NCBI RefSeq assembly: GCF_963921235.1
Contig: NC_086097.1
Location: forward strand, 231,076,001 to 231,140,000
Length of the DNA: 64,000 nt
Direction: 5' to 3'
Source of the DNA: Mobula hypostoma
Taxonomy: Eukaryota
Shown here piece by piece: positions 39,752 through 52,925 of this stretch. The notes beneath the pieces are model-generated. The model did not search any database. It worked only from the letters and a program-made list of their open reading frames with translations, and was not told where the DNA came from. The stretch's first letter is position 1; every line of letters begins with the position of its first letter. A program made the translations under genes and the position numbers.

Positions 39752-41180
39752 TAGTCAGCATGGCCTTGTCAAAGGCAGGTCATTCCTTACAAGCCTAATT
39801 GCATTTTTTGAGGATGTGACTTAGCACATTGATGAAGGTACAGCAGTAGATGTAGTGTAAATGGATTTCACCAAGGCATTTGATAAGGTTCCCCATGCAA
39901 GGCTTATTGAGAAAGTAATTTCTACACCCATTTGCAAGTGTGACCTGTGGAGTTCACCAAAGATCTATTGTAGGTCTTCCAACAGTTTCTTATTTAAAGG
40001 TTGTCCCAGATCTATGTCATCTGAAAACGTGTGTAATGACATTGAGATAGCCCACAAATTTCCTCAATCGATAAGGTACCCCATGCAAGGCTTATTGAAA
40101 AAGTAAGGAGGCACGGGATCCAAGGGGATCTTGCTTTGTGGATCCAGAACTGGCTTGCCCACAAAAGGCAAAGAGTGGTTGTAGACGGGTCATATTCTGC
40201 ATGGAGGTTGGTAACCAGTTGTGTGCCTCAGGGATCTGTTCTGGAACCCCTTTTCTTTGTGATTTTTATAAATGACCTGGATGAGGAAGTGGAGGGATGG
40301 GTTAGTAAATTTGCTGATAACACAAAAGTTGAGAGTGTTGTGGATAGTGTGGAGGACCGTCAGGGGTTACAGCGGAACATCGATAGGATGCAAAACTGGG
40401 CTGAGAAGTGGCAGGTGGAGTTCAACCCAGATAAGTGTGAGGTGGTTCATTTTGGTAGCTCAAATATAATTGCAGAATATAGTATTAATGGCAAGACTCT
40501 TGGCAGTGTGGAGAATCAGAGGGGCCTTGGGGTCCGAGTCCATAGGACACTCAAAGCTGCTGCGCAGGTTGACTGTGCGGTTAAGAAGGCATATGGTGGG
40601 ATTGGGTTCAAAAGCCAAGAGATAATGTTACAGCTATATAGGACCCTGGTCAGATCCCACTGTGCTCAATTCTGGTCGCCTCACTACAGGAAGGACATGG
40701 AAACTATGGGTGCAGAGGAGATTCACAAGGATATTGCCCGGATTGGGGAGCATGCCCTATGAGAATAGATTGAGTGAACTTGGCCTTTTCTCCATGGAGC
40801 GGCGGAGGATGAGATGTGACCTGATAGAGGTATATAAGATGATGAGAGGCATTGATCGTGTGGTTTTTTCAGCCAGAGGTTTCTTCCCAGGGCTGAAATG
40901 GCTAACACGAGAAGACACAGTTTTAAGGTGCTTGGAAGTAGGTATAGAGGAGACGTTAGGGGTAAGTTGTTTTTTTTAAAAAATGCAGCGAGTGGTGAAT
41001 GCGTGGAATGGGCTGCCGGCGACAGTGGTGGAGGCAGATACGAGAGGGTCTTTTAAGACACTCCTGGATAGGTGCATGGAACATAGAAAAATAGAGGGCT
41101 ATAGGTAAGTATTGGTGATTACTAAAGTACGTACATCTTCGGTACAGCATTGTGGGCCAAAGGGCCTGTATTGTGCTGTA
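39752..41180 (+). mobile_element. CR1 fragment with 151-bp foreign insert
   Basis: DFTKAFDKVPHARL | insert | WIQNWL..VPQGSV..FADN ... CR1 tail ttctatgtttctat. Confidence 0.92.
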
Positions 41181-41389
41181 GGTTTTCTATGTTTCTATAT
41201 AACCTACTGACCCAACATCTTTGGAATGAGGGAAGAAATCAGAGCACCTGGAGGAGACCCACATGGTCACAGGGAGGACAAACAAACTCCTTACAAACAG
41301 TGGCAGGAAATGAACCCTGGTTGCTGGCCCTGTAATATGTAAGGCTAACAGCTGCACTAAGATCTCTTAGGTTATTGACAACAGCCTTC

Positions 41390-41760
41390 TCCCTGGAAAT
41401 AACTCGGAACATCTGTAGCTCGGGTGGTCGATGGTTGGGTTGAGATGTTTTTTGATCTTGGCAATTTACTTACAAACATTTCATCACCATGCGAGGAGAC
41501 ATTGTCAGTGTGCCGTTGATAGTGGTGAGTCTTCCGAATGTTTAGCTTTTATATACTCCTCAATCAGCTGATTCAACATCATTTCGGAAACTCAGTTGTG
41601 ATGTGGGGAGGAAACCTCGTTGCTGATTGGCTGTGTGGCGAAATTCGCATCCTATTAACTTCCAGAACATCCTCACCCCTTTCTATAACCACCTTGAAAT
41701 TTGCATAATTATGATCATCATCTCCAAAGTGCTCGGCCATTGACACTTCCAAGACTTGCT
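41390..41760 (-). mobile_element. Probable Penelope terminal repeat of a second family
   Basis: Minus strand reads cacactgacaatgtctcctcgcatggtgatgaaatgtttg (decayed CUGAnGA..GAAA) downstream of a tatataaaa box. Confidence 0.5.
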
Positions 41761-41954
41761 TATGTCCAAGATAGCCCCATTGTGTCTATGATTCTGCTAA
41801 GAGAACGTTCCCTGGGCACTTTACAAATTCCACATCTAGGTTATTCACATAAGACAATTATAATCATTCCTGGAGACCTTAAAATTGCACACAATGACAA
41901 CTCTATCATGTTTTATTGTCCTGCTTTAATTTCCAAGCAGCATTACTACTGAAC

Positions 41955-42171
41955 TGCTGGCTGGTGGCATAGTGGCATCAGCGCCGGACTTTGGAGTGAA
42001 GATTCCCGAGTTCAAATCCAGCCGGCTCCCTTGCACACTTTCCATCCGTGCTGGGTTGAGTGTCGAGCTAGTAACTCGACCTCGAGAAAATAAGAAAGCC
42101 TGCTAAAAAAAACGCCGTCATGACTGCATCCCGATGACTCCACTCGGAGTTAAGGGCATTCTTCTTCTTCT
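41955..42171 (+). mobile_element. tRNA-derived SINE, relatively intact
   Basis: A box tggcatagtgg (41965), B box gagttcaaatcc (42008), (ttc)n tail, 13-bp TSD attactactgaac / attattactgaac. Confidence 0.88.
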
Positions 42172-43750
42172 ATTATTACTGAACAAGTACCAGGTAGTAA
42201 CTGGAGAGGTTCCAGAATTCAGAGCATTTCTTCCCACTCATAAAGAGTTCATAACTCTATGGACAAAAGTGATGTTACTCCACAGTGACATCTTTATTCC
42301 AGATGCTAGCTGAAGCCATTATGACAAAGCAGTGCCACTCATCAAAATTTCAACTCATCCCTCCCTCAAGTGACACAAAACTACAATGCTTTTTAGAAAT
42401 CCAATCCTCTAACTTGGCCTTAATGATTTCCAGGCAAGAACAACAATCTGTTTTCAAGGCATGAGATTCACAGATAAAGGGGCTGAATTATGATGCAAAA
42501 TGTTATCTTCAACAAGGCCTGCTAGTACTTAGATCGCAGTTAGCCAGCCTGTCCATCAAAATCACTCAGCTCCAGGCTCCTATGTAGCAGGTATTCCATT
42601 TAAGTACATTAAATTGCATAATAGTAGGAATTCTGACAAGCACTTAACTCTATCCACTAATGGCAAGGAAGTGGATTGGGATCACTAGATTTCAGGCCTC
42701 AGACCTGAGTTTCAAATGTTTCTTAAACTCTATTTTTAATGCATTCCTCTGTATGAAGTTATCCACGACTCTAATACAGCTTACATTTATATTTTAAAAA
42801 TTGCATCTTTGAATTGCTTTCAGATTGTATTTTATGCACCTAAAATCTGCAAAATATTTTGTATTTCCTTAACAGGGAGACAGACCTATGGTAAAAGCAA
42901 ACTATCGTAGCTGCTAGATTTAAAAATAAAAACATAGCCGCTGAATATTTTTAGAATTTTTTTTGATTCTGTGCTTTGAACCACCGTTTATCAGAAATCA
43001 GATTGTTGATATTTGCTGTTGTATTATGCTCCATATTTGACTGTCAATTATGCGTAAGTATTAGGAATTTATAATTACTTCTGTTACAATTTCTTTTTAA
43101 ACTCAAATGACAGATATTGAATTCTTGCATGCAGCTAACTGTCTTGTAATTTGCTACAAAATTCAGCAAAGGTAAACCAAATCTTTGTCTGAACTGGGCA
43201 AGAGAAAACGAGTTAATTTTAAGCTGAAGAGCGAGTAGGGCAGGAAGCGATGGACTGGACAAAGGGAAGATCTCTAACAAGATTGAGGCCAGGGCTGATG
43301 TGGTTTAAAATGTAACCAAGGTCATCCAGTTGATGGGGACAGTCAGAAAGTGAGAACGCAAAATAAAGTAACATCAGGCATGCCCAGCAGGTTAGACTGT
43401 GCTAATGGAGAGAGAGAAATAGCCTGTGTAACAAATGGTTTGACCATTTCTGAAACAGAGAAAGTGAAGTACCTGAAGTTGTAAACTCTATTTGGAATCC
43501 TGAAGGCTGCGTCTTGCCCTAATGGAAGATAGTGTGATACTCCCCAAGTTCACATCAGGCCCTGCTATAACAGTGCAGGAGGTCACAGAAAGGTAGGTCA
43601 GGGTGAGAGTGGACAAAAGAACTGAAATTACAGATGGCACCAAGCTGGAAGCTCCCCTGCAGTCTGAACACAGATGTTCCACATGCAACCACTTCATTTG
43701 TGGTTGTGTTTCTTCATTGTGCATGAGACCATATGGGGAACAGTAAGTAC

Positions 43751-44516
43751 TGTTACGTGTCCACAGTTTCGTTTTCCTGGGAGTCCGTAGTTTCGTTTAC
43801 TGTGGGCGTCACGTGTCCCCAGTTTCATTTTACTGGGGGTCCACAGTTTCGTTTCTGTGAGCATTACCTTATGATGTATGCCGACAGTATAAAAGAAGTG
43901 TGGGCATAGTGCTGAGGAGGAGTCAAAGGGGAGAGAGAGAGAGAGTGAAGATTGCAGACTTCGAGCTATCTGGGAACAGCTCACGATCGGGAAGGGTAAA
44001 GTCTAGTGCTTACCCATACCCAAAGGATTGGGTTAATCAGCGGCACACTGTGCATTGTGGAGACATGTCTGTTCTTCGTTTGATCCATGGGCGTGGATTT
44101 TGTGACAGTCATTTTGTGAAACTGCTCTTCGTGGATTTCGGATCAGCATTCCTCAGCTGGGATCTTCGGTAACCGTTTCTTCGTTCGCTAGCCATGGAAT
44201 CTTTGGAATTCGTCGTGATCGCCTCGTCGCTGCATTGTGAATCCACAAGTCTCTCCTCTCACCTATTTTGTAAATTACTGGGACTCTCTGAACTACCACT
44301 TTAAGACTGTGCCTGAGTAAGATCTGTTAAGAACGAGTCCTAAGTTTGACTGTAAGGGGGCTATAGACGCATAACACTGTTAACTTCTGTTTAAGGAAGT
44401 AGTTTATTTAATTTTCTATATTTTTGAGTAGAATGTAAATAAATATAGTGGTTTTAATTTTAAAACCTGACTCAATTTGTCATCTTTTGCTGCTGGTACA
44501 TTACGAAATCATAACA
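43751..44516 (+). mobile_element. Solo LTR (~766 bp)
   Basis: Termini tgttacg...cataaca, TATA-like tataaaa at ~43888, aataaa at 44438, and four short repeats of a gtcc..agtttc.ttt motif at 43759-43856. TSD is poor (gtac/gcat). Confidence 0.7.
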
Positions 44517-45736
44517 GCATAACACGCAAGATTGGTAAAAGAAAAAAATAACCCTTTGCTTTACCTGGTATGGCTGTTTGGGCACTTGGATAGCTCAAAC
44601 GGAAAAGGTGAAAGGAAAGGTGTGGCAACTGTATGAGAACGTGCTATAACAAGAGGAGTGGTTGTTGGAACTGTATTTGCTTTGAAGTGTTGAAGGATGA
44701 CAGCAGGGAATTCGTTATCAAATTTTACAACTTCTCTTTGTACACTTCTTTTTCTCTGTTTCAAAAATGGGCAATTGATTTTTGATCCTGATTTGCTTAA
44801 CTTTCTCCATTAGCAATATCGAATCTGCTAGATTTTCCTATGCCTCTGCATTTTTGTAAACTCAATCAAGTTCAAGTTTATTGTCATCTGACTGGACATA
44901 TATACAACCAAATGAGACAACAGCACCCTCACGGTACATACACTATATCACACATACACAGAGCATATGAACAAAATATTACCCTAATAAAATGTAATTC
45001 AAAATGCACATGAAGTATGCATCAGAGGTAAACAGTAAGGAGCTGACTGTCCTTTGTGTACCTTTGCGTGCTCGCTCTGATTTCATAGCTGCTTTATTCT
45101 TTTGATCAAATTCTAACTGACCCCATTAACAGAATGATTGGATTTACAGCTTCTCTCCAGTACAATCCCAGTCTCACCATAACAGAGATAATCCCTTTGT
45201 CCAATCCATCCACCCTATCTTAAGACTCCTTGTAATTCCTCTCTTTCCCAGTAATGAGGAAGGGTCCTCCGCCTGAAACATCAACTCCAGCTCTCTTTCC
45301 ATGGATACAATTAATGACGATCTACCTATATTACAGAGCAAGATTTCAGACATAGATCACTACATCATAGAAACAGGGCTTTTGGCCCATCTATTGAAGG
45401 GCTAAAAATCCCACCACTATTATCTATCCATCTGGTTTCTATACAACATCTGAATGACCAGCCTAGACTGCTCGGCTGGTACTGTCCAAACCAGGTAACA
45501 TGCACCTTAAAAGTGCTTGCTTCATACTGTATGTCTCCCTGGTCACATCGCCATCAATGTTACCTGAATATTAAATTGGAGATAATTACTTCTGCTGCAT
45601 GCTATTTCCTGATGTTTTAATATGCAAAGCAGCTGGTGCAAAGATTACCTATTCAAAAATACAAGGAATTTTTAAACTACATAGTAATACACAAAAAACT
45701 CCAGCAGTCCAGGCAACATCTAAGGAGAAGAGTAAA

Positions 45737-45774
45737 CAGACAACGTTTCAGGCTGAGACCCTTCATCAGGATTG
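45737..45774 (-). ncRNA. Minimal type I hammerhead-like motif in a Penelope terminal fragment (core intact, stem I eroded)
   Basis: Minus strand: caatc-CUGAUGA-agg(gucucag)ccu-GAAA-cguu-gucug. Confidence 0.5.
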
Positions 45775-46349
45775 TTGATGAATTACATAAAGCACATGAT
45801 CAATTATATAAATGCTTTTCTCTTACTTTGTATTTGCGTATTTTTATACTGCATTGTAGCATGGGATAATTATTGTCAGCAGTGTTCCTGTTGGTATGAA
45901 ATGTGAATCCATGGTTAATTATAATATTTGGAGTTTCCTTCAATCCATCCAATCCATGTCTCAGTTTCAGAGATGGAATACCAGAGCGCTGATGAAGCAA
46001 TCTTCCTGATTGATCATGGCTGCAAGTTAATACCAATCCCTTCAGTAGGACGTTGCATTCGCCCATTGAGAAGTGTCTTCACAGTCTTTAATCACAGAGT
46101 CATGCACAGAAACTGGCCATTTGGCCCAAATACCCCTGCTGACCACAGCATCCTCTCTACTAGTCCCAGTTGTCCACATTCGGCCATGAACATCTTAGCC
46201 ATTTCCTTCCATGTATCTATCCAAATGCCTTTTAAATGTTGCAATTGTACTTGATCAACCCCTTCCTCTGGCAGGCTGCTCCTTCCAAGTACACACTACT
46301 TTCTGTGTAAAGAAGTCACCTCTCAGGCTTCTTTCAAATTTCTCCCCTC

Positions 46350-46952
46350 TTAACAATGAGATAATACTGAGGCTGTATAAAACACTAGTCAGGCCATGCA
46401 GAGTACTGTCAACAGTTTTTGGCTCCGTATCTCAGAGAGGATGTGTTGTCATTGGAAAGAGTACAAAGGAGGTTCACAAAAATGATTCTGAGAATGAGGG
46501 GTGAAGATATGAGGAGTTTTTGGCAGCTTTTGGCCTGTACTCACTGGAATTTAGAAGAATGCAGGGGGATCTCAATGAAAGCTACCGAATGATGAAAGGA
46601 CTAGAAAAGGTGGATGTGGAGAGGATGTTTCTTATGGTGGGGGTGTCCAGAACTAGAAGGCACAGCCTCAAAATTGAGAGGCAACCCTTTAGAACAGAGG
46701 TAAAGAAGAATTTCTTTTAGTCAGAGAGTAGTGAATCTGCAGAACACTCTGCCACAGACAGCTGTGGAGGCCAAGACCGTGGGAATATTTAAAGCGAAAA
46801 TTGATAGTTTCCTGATTGGTCGGGGCATCAAAGGTTATGGTGAGAAGGCAGATGTATGGGGTTGAGTGGGATCCAGAATCAGCCATGGTGGGATGGCAGA
46901 GCAGACTCGATGGGCTGAATGGCCAAATTCAGCTCCTATGTCTTATGGTCTT
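46350..46952 (+). mobile_element. CR1 3' fragment nested in an opposite-strand CR1 3' fragment (46090-47190)
   Basis: EIILRLYKTLVRP / GLYSLEFRRMQGDL, tail tcttatggtctta. The host resumes at tgtgccctctag. Confidence 0.85.
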
Positions 46953-47329
46953 ATCTGGTATTTGTGCCCTCTAGTTTTGGACTCCCTAACCCTGGGGAAA
47001 AGACTATCACCACCTACCTTATCCATACCCCTCAGGATTTTATAAACTCCTGTGAAGTCACCCCTTAATCTCCTACTCTCCAAGGAATAAAGGTCCATTT
47101 GGCCAACCTCTGTCTATAAATCTAGCTCTTTAGTCTAGGCAGCATCTTTGTAAATCTCCTCTGCACACTCTCCAGTTTGACACTGTCTTTCCAGTCTTCT
47201 GTCATTTCCCACACAGCTGGGTTTAAACTAGATTGGCATGCATGTAGGATTCTGAGTAGGAGCAAGTCATTGGTTAGGTTGGGATTGAGTGAATTCCTTA
47301 ATGACTATAAAAAGATTAACAATACTCTG

Positions 47330-48860
47330 AAGAGGGAAAACCAGGAGGGCAAAGAGAGGATATGAGGTAAGGTTCAAGAGGTTCGCAAGAGGTTCTATAG
47401 CTATATTAAAATGGTGATTCAGGAGAGAGTAGGTCCCTCAGAGGTCAGCAAGGCTGCCTAAGTCTTGACCTGGAGGTGATGAGTGGGGTTCTTCACAAAT
47501 ATATCTCCTTGGTGGTTATTGCGGAGAAAATCATGGTTGCTCAATAGAAAAAGGAACCAAGAGGAGATGTTCTGATGGACATTTATATGGCCAGCGAGGG
47601 GGTATTTGCTGTTTTACAGAATGCATCCTCAGACTTTGTAGGAAGCTAGAGAGGGAAGTGCAGAGGCCTGTCCAGGGACATTTGCTTCATCGTTAGCCAC
47701 TGGTGAAGTTCCCAAAGGCTGGAAGGTGGCTAATGGTGTTCCCTTGTTTAAAAAGGATAGTAGGGACAAGCCAGGGAACTGGAGGCCGGTCAGCCTGACA
47801 TCAGTAGTGGAAAAGTTACTGGAGGGATTCTGAGGGACAGGGTCTTCCAGCATTTGGACAGACAGGGTCTGATTATGAGTCAACATGACTTGTCCATCGG
47901 AGGTTACACTTGATGAGCCTTTTAGAAGTTTATTGAAGATGTAACCAAAACAATAGATGAGGATAGGGAGGTAGATGTTGTCCATTTGTACTTTAGCAAG
48001 GTCTCCAACAAGTTTCCCTATGGTAGGCTGGTCTGGAAGGTGAGATCCTACCGTATCTATGGAGTGATAGGTGTGTTCAAAATTGGTTTGGAGGTAGGAA
48101 GAAGAGAGCGGTGGTTGAAGGTTATTTTTTGAAATAAAGGCCTGTTACAAGTGGTGTGCTGCAGTATGCTGGCATCACACACAATATGCTGGAGGAACTC
48201 AGCAAGCTGCCTGGTCTGTTGAGTTCCTCCAATATTTTTTGTGTGTTACTGCAGATCCAGCATCTGCAGATTTTCTCTTGTTTCTGAGTATGTTGGGCTT
48301 CATCGGTCAAGGATTAAGCACGCGAGTCAGAACATTATGTTGCAACTGGTGAGGCTACATTTGGAATACTCTGTATAGTTTTAGTCACCCTGCTATAGAA
48401 AAACTGTGGCTAAATTGGAAACAGTGTAGAAAAGATTGATGACGATATTGCCAGGACTGGAGGGCCTGAGTTATTGGGAGATGTTGGACAGGCCAGGTCT
48501 CTATTCCTTGGAACAAAGGAGAATCAGCAGCAATCTTATAGAAGAGTTTAATATTATGAGGGCAAGATAAGCTGGACAGTAACAGTCTTTTCTCCAGGCA
48601 GTGGAGGGGGTGAGGATAGGTTTAGGGTGGGAGGGAGAAGATTTAAAAGGAACCTGAGAGGCAACTTTTTTTTTAATGCAGAGGGTTGTAAGTGTATGGA
48701 ATGAGTTGCAGAGGAAATGGTTGAGGCAGGTACAATAGCATCATTTACGAGCACTTGGTTATCTACAGTACCTGGAAGCATAGGGGCCAAATTGGGACTA
48801 GCTGGGTGGACATCATGGTCAGCAAGGCCTGAAGGGCCTGTATCTAGGCAGCAGAGCCCG
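47330..48860 (+). mobile_element. Old CR1 fragment, heavily decayed, with a small Penelope-like insert (~48175-48285)
   Basis: Recognisable WKVANGVPLFKK / PVSLTSVV and 3' end regions. Confidence 0.75.
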
Positions 48861-50387
48861 GTGGTTCCATGGCAACATTCTCTATGCTCATGACTTCCAC
48901 GTTATCTTTCCAAAACTATGGCTCTTCTGCAGCGCTGTGCATTGCATTACTTACCCTGGCATTCTTACTTGCCCACTGTCCCATTGAGAAATATTCTAAA
49001 AGATGCCACATACTGCAACTACAGTACACAGATATCAGAGGGAAAGGCAATTCTAACCAGTGGACCGGGATGGGCGGGGGGGGGCACTCAAACTGACTGC
49101 TTTGCCCTGGATTGTATCAAGCCTTTGAAAATATTGGCAACATACCAATTTGTTTTGTGAAACATTTAATTACCATCCTGTTCTTTTAATTTTCCTATTA
49201 ATTAACCTTCTAATTTGTATGAAGCTGTTTTGAATTCAGAATGAATATTTTTCTACTTGTTTCTAATATAACCAAGGAACATAGAATAAGTAAAGTATAA
49301 AATAGACAGGAATTTGTATCCAAGATCTTAGTCTGCATCATACCTTTATAAATACTTGACAAGGAAGCTCAGACTGCCTCGGCTCATCTCTAACAATATT
49401 ATCTGAATCTATAACTTCAAATAAAACTTTGCCAAAATCTCTCTTCAATAGTTAACTGAAACTGCAATCATGTTCTATGCAAACACCATGTTCAACAAAG
49501 GTAGTAAATTCCCACAGAGAACAGTTACAAAGAAAGCTTGGAGTCAACAAACAAAAAGTCAAATGAATCTTAACCCTGCAGGGATTACTGATGATAATTA
49601 AAATCCTAGGGAAACACAACAGAATTACACAGGCTGGAATCCATCATTAGCACGGTCAGTTGTGTGGGCTCAACATTAATGCAACTCTTAGTTAAACCCC
49701 ACTTAGAGTACAGTGTTCAGTTCTGGTCACCTCACTACATGGCCGGAACAACATTGTGGGCCCAAGTGCCTGTAATATGCTGTAGATTTCTATGTTCTAT
49801 GTAACTCTGGTTACCTCTTAAGATAATATGACAAGCAACAATGGTTGCACAGCCTTATAAAATTAACCAAGTGATTTCAGAGAATAAGGATTGCAAGTTA
49901 AGAGCCAAAACACTTCTCATCAGTTTTGTAATCTTTGTTGCAACGCCACCTTCATTAGCACTTTGCTAAATTCTAAATGTTCCTGGTCATTTCAATCCTG
50001 TGTCAGGGCATCACTCACCCATTCTAACAAACTCATTGTAGCATCATATGCATGTGGTCACAACTGCAAATGCCAATGACAATACTGAATTCCTGAGATC
50101 TCCCCAAGCAGAGAAATGACTCAAGCTGCCCACTAAGTTGACTCAAAGGTATTTTCAAGATCAGTGCTGGATCACTTGAAGCAGTGGCTGACAATGGGCG
50201 ACTTTCAAGACATGAAAGGACTGCAAAATAAAATTCTGCTTGGGTATATTAGGAGTGGCATTCAATGAAAAGGCTCTAGGCTCAATTTCTTTAAATAATT
50301 ATCTGTAAAATCAATAGCATAGAGAGAACAAAATATCCTAGTTATTGGGTCACCAGGAATCTGTTATGAATTTTTTTAAAAACTTAC

Positions 50388-50479
50388 TGTATTCTGAATT
50401 TTAAATAGATTCTTTGGTGCTGCTTGGGCTTTGCAGTTTTTCAAATAGCTTGCCCAGTTAAACTCCTCTTCCTTGTAGC
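50388..50479 (-). CDS. L3MBTL: L3MBTL-family exon: (G)YKEEEFNWASYLKNCKAQAAPKNLFKIQNT
   Basis: 92 nt, phase 1-0. Acceptor tttctctttcag, donor ACA|gtaagt. Encodes the arm of MBT repeat 2 and continues the frame of the previous exon. Confidence 0.93.
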
Positions 50480-50520
50480 CTGAAAGAGAAATCAAAATCA
50501 TGTTAATAATGGAAAATGTT

Positions 50521-52925
50521 ACATAGAACATAGAATTGTACAGCACAGTACAAGCCCTTCGGCCCACAATGTTGTGCCGACCCTCAAACCCTGCCTCCCA
50601 TATAAGCCCCCACCTTAGATTCCTCCATATACCTGTCTAGTAGTCTCTTAAACTTCACTAGTGTATCTGCCTCCACCACTGACTCAGGCAGTGTATTCCA
50701 CGCACCAACCACTCTCTGAGTAAAAACCCTTCCTCTAATATCCCTCTTGAACTTCCCACCCCTTACCTTAAAGCCATGTCCTCTTGTATTGAGCAGTGGT
50801 GCACTGGGAAAGAGGCACTGGCTATCCACTCTATCTATTCCTCTTATTATCTTGTACACCTCTATCATGTCTCCTCTCATCCTCTTTCTCTCCAAAGAGT
50901 AAAGCCCTAGCTCCCTTAATCTCTGATCATAATGCATACTTTCTAAACCAGGCAGCATCCTGGCAAATCTCCTCTGTACCCTTTCCAATGTTTCCACATC
51001 TTTCCTATAGTGAGGTGACCAGAACTGGACACAATACTCCAGGTGTGGCCTAACCAGAGTTTTATAGAGCTGCATCATTACATCGCGACTCTTAAATTCT
51101 ATCCCTCGACTTATGAAAGCTAACACCCCATAAGCTTTCTTAACTACCCTATCCACCTGTGAGGCAACTTTCAGGGATCTGTGGACATGTACCCCGAGAT
51201 CTCTCTGCTCCTCCACACTACCAAGTATCCTGCCATTTACTTTGTACTCTGCCTTGGAGTTTGTCCTTCCAAAGTGTACCACCTCACACTTTTCCGGGTT
51301 GAATTCCATCTGCCACTGCTGCATCCTATCAATGTCTCTCTGCAATCTTTGACAATCCTTTACACTATCTACAACACCACCAACCTTTGTGTCGTCTGCA
51401 AACTTGCCAACCCACCCTTCTACCCTCACATCCAGGTCGTTAATAAAAATCACGAAAAGTAGAGGTCCCACAACAGATCCTTGTGGGACACCACTAGTCC
51501 TCCAATCTGAATGTACTCCCTCCACCACCACCCTCTGCCTTCTGCAGGCAAGCCAATTCTGAATCCACCTGGCCAAACTTCCCTGGATCCCATGCCTTCT
51601 AACTTTCTGAATAAGCCTACCATGTGGAACCTTGTCAAATGCCTTACTAAAATCCATATAGATCACATCCACTGTACTACCCTCATCTATATGCCTGGTC
51701 ACCTCCTCAAAGAACTCTATCAGGCTTGTTAGACACGATCTGCCCTTCACAAAGCCATGCTGACTGTCCCTGATCAGACCATGATTCTCTAAATGCCTAT
51801 AGATCCTATCTCTAAGAATCTTTTCCAACAGCTTTCCCACCACAGACGTAAGGATCACTGGTCTATAATTACCCGGACTATCCCTACTACCTTTTTTGAA
51901 CAAGGGAACAACATTCGCCTCCCTCCAATCCTCCGGTACCATTCCCGTGGACAACGAGGACATAAAGATCCTAGCCAGAGGCTCAGCAATCTCTTCTCTC
52001 GCCTCGTGGAGCAGCCTGGGGAATATTCCGTCAGGCCCCGAGGATTTATCTGTCCTAATGTATTTTAACAACTCCAACACCTCCTCTCTCTTAATATCAG
52101 CATGCTCCAGAACATCAACCTCACTCATATTGTCCTCACCATCATCAAGTTCCCTCTCATTGGTGAATACCGAAAAGAAGGATTCATTGAGGACCTCGAT
52201 CACTTCCACAGCCTCCAGGCACATCTTCCCACCTTTATCTCTAATCAGTCCTACCTTCACTCCTGTCATCCTTTTTTTCTTCACATAATTGAAGAATGCC
52301 TTGGGGTTTTCCTTTACCCTACTCACCAAGGCCTTCTCATGCCCCCTTCTTGCTCTTCTCAGCCCCTTCTTAAGCTCCTTTCTTGCTTCCCTATATTCCT
52401 CAATAGACCCATCTCATCCTTGCTTCCTAAACCTCATGTATGCTGCCTTCTTCCTCCTGACTAGATTTTTCACCTCACTTGTCACCCATAGTTCCTTCAC
52501 CCTACCATTCTTTATCTTCCTCACCAGGACAAATTTATCCCTTACATCCCGCAAGAATCTCTAAACATCGACCACATGTCCATAGTACATTTCCCTGCAA
52601 AAACATCATCCCAATTCACACCCGCAAGTTCTAGCCTTATAGCCTCATAATTTGCCTTTCCCCAATTAAAAATTTTCCCGCCCTCTTTGATTCTATCCTT
52701 TTCCATGATAATTATAAAGGCCAGGGAGTGGTGGTCACTGTCCCCCAGATGCTCACCCACTGAGAGATCTGTGACCTGACCCGGTTCATTACCTAATACT
52801 AGATCTAGTATGGCATTCCCCCTGGTTGGCCTGTCCACATACTGTGACAGGAATCCATCCTGGACACACTTAACAAATTCTGCCCCATCTAAACCCTTGG
52901 AACTAATCAGGTGCCAATCAATATT
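50521..52925 (-). mobile_element. Young 5'-truncated CR1 LINE (581-aa open RT frame)
   Basis: ORF 50584-52329 with GPDGI, NYRP, DFSKAFD, GVPQGS and FADD. APE tail PTRGNAILDLVL..SDH (52542-52838). Tail ttctatgttctatgt. 5-bp direct repeat atgtt at 50516-50520 / 52926-52930. Confidence 0.96.

Noticed and set aside
41955..42030. tRNA gene
   Set aside because: A/B boxes are present but it continues into a SINE body with a (ttc)n tail and TSD; no proper cloverleaf ends.
44561..44764. Possible extra exon ending CAG|gtaaag
   Set aside because: No recognisable homology or clear acceptor, and the flanking MBT exons already join in frame with a normal-length linker.
50584..52329. 581-aa RT ORF as an active or domesticated gene, retron or DGR
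   Set aside because: It is a 5'-truncated CR1 with a frameshift upstream and small deletions in conserved blocks (WRTSGVPQG, RMQQWQMEF).
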